Origin: Basidiobolus meristosporus CBS 931.73
Taxonomy: Eukaryota; Fungi; Basidiobolomycota
DNA: 64,000 nt
Reading direction: 5' to 3'
Assembly: GCA_002104905.1 (NCBI GenBank)
Contig: MCFE01000088.1
Span: forward strand, 112,782 to 176,781
Shown here: piece after piece, positions 59,677 through 64,000 of the stretch
How positions within the stretch are numbered: the first letter of the stretch is position 1
Layout of the letters: each line of letters opens with the position of its first letter
Translations under genes and position numbers: made by a program
The notes under the pieces: generated by a model
What the model was told of the DNA's origin: nothing
The model's database searches: none
The model's input: the letters and a program-made list of their open reading frames with translations, nothing else

Positions 59677-60195
59677 AGGAAAGTCACCAAGTGGTGAAAT
59701 CTTTATTTACTTATGACAAGTATCTAAAGAAGCCAAGTTAATCTGAAGTAATTCCTAGAAAGCTAGGTCTGAGAGATATCTTCCTGGTAAGCCAGGTCTG
59801 AGAGTTGAGAAGCTGAGTGGTACTATATTTCCTAGTTAGCTAGGTCTGAGAGAGGTTTCCTGGAAAGCCAGGCCTGAGAAGTGAGAATCTGAATATATCT
59901 GAGCTAAGTTATACTGGTTTGCGGTAGCTGAATTGTGGCCGGAATGGCCAGTAGACTGGGGGAACTGAGATGAATTTCTGGGCGATCACTGGCCAAATTT
60001 ACTAGGCAAATCTGGCCAATTAGCATTTCAAGGATTTCAGCCAATCAGAGCCTTTACTTTGCCCGATGGTTGATCAAGCCATCTCCCAATGAGCACACAT
60101 CAATTTATTAATCAAATTTTGCTGGATCCAGGATTTGAACCCACAACCATGGGTATGGAAGGGTTAGGGATAACCACAAGGCTAAGTGTTCTTGG
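59677..60195 (-). mobile_element. tRNA-promoter-derived SINE (about 520 nt), non-autonomous partner of the telomeric LINE
   Basis: Minus-strand A-box TAGCCTTGTGG (60184-60174) and B-box GGTTCAAATCC (60141-60131) have tRNA spacing; there is no T4 run on the sense strand. The 3' end shares AAATAAAGATTTCACC-loop-GGTGACT with the LINE, it is flanked by TTAGGG seeds (59665-59676, 60196-60210), and partial copies lie at 55112 and 61444. Confidence 0.8.
60131..60184 (-). promoter_or_regulatory. Type-2 internal RNA polymerase III promoter (A and B boxes)
   Basis: The A-box is one mismatch from TRGCNNARYGG and the B-box matches GGTTCRANTCC; the boxes start 43 nt apart; the A-box starts about 11 nt inside the element 5' end. 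Confidence 0.72.
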
Positions 60196-60210
60196 TTAGG
60201 GTTAGGGGGG

Positions 60211-61441
60211 AGACAGTCACCAACAGGTGAAATCTTTATTTCAGTTGAAACAAAGAAGCCAGCGCTACTGTTGTAGCTTTGATACAAGAGTGTGTAGCTG
60301 AGGGGAATTTGTAGGTAAGTTAATAAGAAGTGATGATAGTTCTTCAGTGCTCAAGACACTGTTCAGTGGGAAGGGGGGTAGCAAGAGAGGTAAGAATGAC
60401 TTGTGAACAACATTAATGAGGGGAATGTGATAAGGATTGATATTCATCATAAAGGGAGTGTGCTGCTGCAGATATTGCTGCCAAAGGTCTGTCAAGTACT
60501 TCAGGTAGGCCAGCTTGGGTTTTTCTGACTGCAGAATATAGTGAGCAAACTTCTTGACTTCAGGATCTCCAAGTATAGTTCTCCAGCAGGAGCCAGGTGT
60601 TGTGTGGTGTGTTCTCTTCCAGGCCTTAATCAGTGGGTTGTTGCAGTTGTGAAGTCTGAGGTATAATCTGGTTCTAAGGTAGAGAAGTCTGATCTTATAG
60701 GGCATAAACCCAAAAGCACCAAGAATAGCATGTCTGTAGGGGCATTCAGGCAAATGAGGCACCAAGGAGGTAATGCACCATACTGCAAACTTGTCAAGCT
60801 TAGTGCAGTCTCTAGAAGTAAGAGAGAGAAGTGGTAAGCCAAATTCCAGGACAGGGAAGACAAACTGCTTGAGTAGAAGGAGGCAGCTGGGAGCTGAAGT
60901 TGTAGGAGGAGTAACAGCCAGTAGCTTGTGGAGTGCCTGTCTTGCCAGGATAATTCTCTTCTTCAGGTGTGCTCCAGAGTCTAGTCCAGTAGGAAGGAAA
61001 GGAAAGCCAAGATATGTAGCAGAAACCTGAGCAGGTAGAGTGGAGTTCTCCAAGTTGATGGGAGAGCCCAAAGGTACTGTCTTTGCAATGGAAAGCTGGA
61101 GATTATTCTTCTGCAGATACTGGTGGATGGTCTGGGAGTCTTGTTGCACATTGGAGGAGGATATTCTGATGTCATCAGCAAAGAGAGTAACCAGGCAGTC
61201 AGCTGAGAGTCTTGGGAAATCATTCAGGAAGATGGCAAACAGTATAGGACCAAGCACAGAGCCTTGAACCACTCCATTAGGAACTGAGAACACAGCTGAT
61301 TGCTCACTTGGGTGCAGAATTCTTGCTTGTGGATCCAGAAACAGAGACCTGACAAGGAGGGTGAGAGAGGTACTGGAGAAGCATTGCAACTTGGACCAAA
61401 GCAGATTCTGTCAACTGAATCAAAGGCTTAGTAATATCAAA
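60211..61441 (-). mobile_element. Telomeric LINE copy 3 (5'-truncated within RT)
   Basis: ORF 60265-61389 is near-identical to the ORF2 C-terminal 374 aa; preceded by TTAGGGTTAGGGGGG. Confidence 0.92.
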
Positions 61442-61443
61442 AC

Positions 61444-61580
61444 TAGAGAAAGTCACAAGTGTGAATCTTATACTTATGACAAGTATCTAGAAGCAAGTAA
61501 TCTGAAGTATTCCTAGAAAGCTAGTCTGAGATATCTCTGTAAGCAGTCTGAGTGAGAAGCTGAGTGGTACTATATTTCTA
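61444..61580 (-). mobile_element. 5'-truncated SINE copy in a low-quality stretch
   Basis: Matches 59677-59835 with systematic homopolymer contractions. Confidence 0.72.
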
Positions 61581-61589
61581 GTAGGGGGG

Positions 61590-64000
61590 AGACAGTCACC
61601 AACAGGTGAAATCTTTATTTCAGTTGAAACAAAGAAGCCAGCGCTACTGTTGTAGCTTTGATACAAGAGTGTGTAGCTGAGGGGAATTTGTAGGTAAGTT
61701 AATAAGAAGTGATGATAGTTCTTCAGTGCTCAAGACACTGTTCAGTGGGAAGGGGGGTAGCAAGAGAGGTAAGAATGACTTGTGAACAACATTAATGAGG
61801 GGAATGTGATAAGGATTGATATTCATCATAAAGGGAGTGTGCTGCTGCAGATATTGCTGCCAAAGGTCTGTCAAGTACTTCAGGTAGGCCAGCTTGGGTT
61901 TTTCTGACTGCAGAATATAATGCAGCAAACTTCTTGACTTCAGGATCTCCAAGTATAGTTCTCCAGCAGGAGCCAGGTGTTGTGTGGTGTGTTCTCTTCC
62001 AGGCCTTAATCAGTGGGTTGTTGCAGTTGTGAAGTCTGAGGTATAATCTGGTTCTAAGGTAGAGAAGTCTGATCTTATAGGGCATAAACCCAAAAGCACC
62101 AAGAATAGCATGTCTGTAGGGGCATTCAGGCAAATGAGGCACCAAGGAGGTAATGCACCATACTGCAAACTTGTCAAGCTTAGTGCAGTCTCTAGAAGTA
62201 AGAGAGAGAAGTGGTAAGCCAAATTCCAGGACAGGGAAGACAAACTGCTTGAGTAGAAGGAGGCAGCTGGGAGCTGAAGTTGTAGGAGGAGTAACAGCCA
62301 GTAGCTTGTGGAGTGCCTGTCTTGCCAGGATAATTCTCTTCTTCAGGTGTGCTCCAGAGTCTAGTCCAGTAGGAAGGAAAGGAAAGCCAAGATATGTAGC
62401 AGAAACCTGAGCAGGTAGAGTGGAGTTCTCCAAGTTGATGGGAGAGCCCAAAGGTACTGTCTTTGCAATGGAAAGCTGGAGATTATTCTTCTGCAGATAC
62501 TGGTGGATGGTCTGGGAGTCTTGTTGCACATTGGAGGAGGATATTCTGATGTCATCAGCAAAGAGAGTAACCAGGCAGTCAGCTGAGAGTCTTGGGAAAT
62601 CATTCAGGAAGATGGCAAACAGTATAGGACCAAGCACAGAGCCTTGAACCACTCCATTAGGAACTGAGAACACAGCTGATTGCTCACTTGGGTGCAGAAT
62701 TCTTGCTTGTGGATCCAGAAACAGAGACCTGACAAGGAGGGTGAGAGAGGTACTGGAGAAGCATTGCAACTTGGACCAAAGCAGATTTCTGTCAACTGAA
62801 TCAAAGGCCTTAGTAATATCAAACAGAACAGAGGGATACTTGCACTGGAGAGAGTGATCTTGGCTAAGTATGACTGCATATTCCAAGGAGAGGCCAGGAA
62901 CAAAGCCAAACTGTGCAGGATGAAACTTGAGGGAGTCAGAGTAGAGCTCCTGAGCAAGCAGAAGCTCAAACACCTTTCTGCAGGTGGGCAGCAGAGATAT
63001 TGGCCTGTAGGAGCTAGGATCCAGGTGCTTTCCTTTACCCTTGTACAGTGGCAGAACATTTGCAAAGGACCATTCCTCAGGAGTAGAAAGCTGGGCTGAG
63101 CATTGCTGAAACAGTGGAAGCAGAAGTGCAGACATGGCCTTGGTACTAGTCTTCAGAAGCTCATAAGGAGATTGTGTCCACACCTGGAGCAGTAGAGTTG
63201 GGAAGCCTCTTGAGCACATTATGGATTCTCCTTTGATCAAGTGCAAGTGGGATGGGCAGAGTCTTGAAGTCAGGATGAAAGCCAGGAGTTGAGTACTGCT
63301 TTGTAGAGAAGAAGATGTTAGCCAGCTGTTCTGTTGAAGGTAACTTCCTGGAAGAGGGCCTCATTGCTCTGTAGAGTCTTGATACTGTTCTTGTTATAGA
63401 GTTGGAAGATTGCAGAGGCAAAGAACTCATAATATGATCCCAGAGCTGAGTATGCAGAGTGTGGTGAATTGCCTTGGAGTGGTGTATTGCTGTCAGGAGG
63501 AGTTTCTCTGTTTTTGGGTTAGGGAAACTCAGGTAGCTTTGTTGCAGGGCTGAAACAATGGATTCCCATTTTCTTGAGGTAACAGCAGTAGTCTTGCATG
63601 GCAGTGAGAGGGAGGCAGACACCAGAATCAGATGCTTCACAAAGAGCCAGGCATAGTTGAGATCATCTGGCAGAGAAAGTAGCAAACTGGCAAGCTTCAA
63701 GTAGTTCCCAAAGTCTTTCTTCTGATTCTTGGTAGCTTTGTGGGTGAGCACAGTAAGTTTTGGCAGCTTCTTCTTCACAACTGGTTGCATAGAAAGGGAC
63801 CAGGCTGGGTGGTCAGAGGCTCTCAAGGATCCTAGCTCAGCTCCAGAGAATTGCTTGACTTCATTCACAAAGTAGAGGGCAGCAGCAGAAGGGCAGATCC
63901 AGTCAACACATCTTTTCTCAGATTGAGCACCCAGTGCTAGCAGATGGCTTTCTCTCAGGAAGTTCAGTAGGAATGTGGACCTTGGCTTCATTCTTGCAGT
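61590..64000 (-). mobile_element. Telomeric LINE copy 4 (runs out of the window; +1 indels near 61921 and 63168)
   Basis: Preceded by TAGGGGGG; ORF pieces 61644-61952, 61792-63246 and 63161-63991 tile ORF2 up to the APE domain. Confidence 0.92.

Noticed and set aside
60120-60191. Functional tRNA gene
   Set aside because: A- and B-boxes are present, but the acceptor stem (GAACACT versus ATCCAGC) and D-stem do not pair and there is no downstream T-run terminator; treated as a SINE head instead.
61400-61585. A distinct, highly diverged SINE subfamily
   Set aside because: The differences from 59677-59835 are almost all homopolymer contractions (gg to g, cc to c, ttt to tt), the signature of unpolished long-read sequence.
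54732-64000. CRISPR-like array (a repeated ~55-nt terminus with variable spacers) or the true telomere tract
   Set aside because: The repeats are retroelement 3' ends separated by element bodies of 20 bp to 4.5 kb in a eukaryote with no cas genes, and no long (TTAGGG)n tract is present in the window.

Overview
This is eukaryotic, fungal-looking DNA: short GT-AG introns, UTP10, and TTAGGG-type telomere seeds. By inference only, it comes from an early-diverging lineage such as Zoopagomycota/Basidiobolus. The window runs towards a chromosome end on the right and has four zones. (1) 1-5 kb: housekeeping genes (UTP10 3' part and an ankyrin protein with a PP1-docking RVxF motif). (2) 5.4-28.4 kb: a head-to-tail array of ten intronless GH20 beta-N-acetylhexosaminidase genes with near-identical CDSs and diverged spacers, followed by a divergent CE4 chitin-deacetylase-like gene. 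(3) 30-50 kb: single-copy genes, namely a mitochondrial carrier, inositol monophosphatase, a PX-PB1 protein, a pseudo-receiver PDE lacking the invariant Gln, a STEAP-like reductase, two small Cys-rich secreted proteins and an ArAE/FUSC transporter. (4) 51-64 kb: a CpG-poor subtelomere of nested LTR relics. From 54.7 kb it becomes an array of minus-strand retroelements, each joined through about 1-2 TTAGGG units plus a G-run. The best candidate novel system is in this array. It is an APE-endonuclease LINE whose RNA 3' end is telomere-complementary, whose ORF2 lies in frame behind a UGA-CUA stop with no usable AUG, and whose ORFs are almost free of CpG. It is paired with a ~520-nt tRNA-promoter (A/B-box) SINE sharing the same 3' hairpin and telomeric tail, and an older diverged relative of the LINE survives at 52.6-53.0 kb. 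Many single-base frameshifts look like assembly or polishing errors. All alignments and counts were done by eye.
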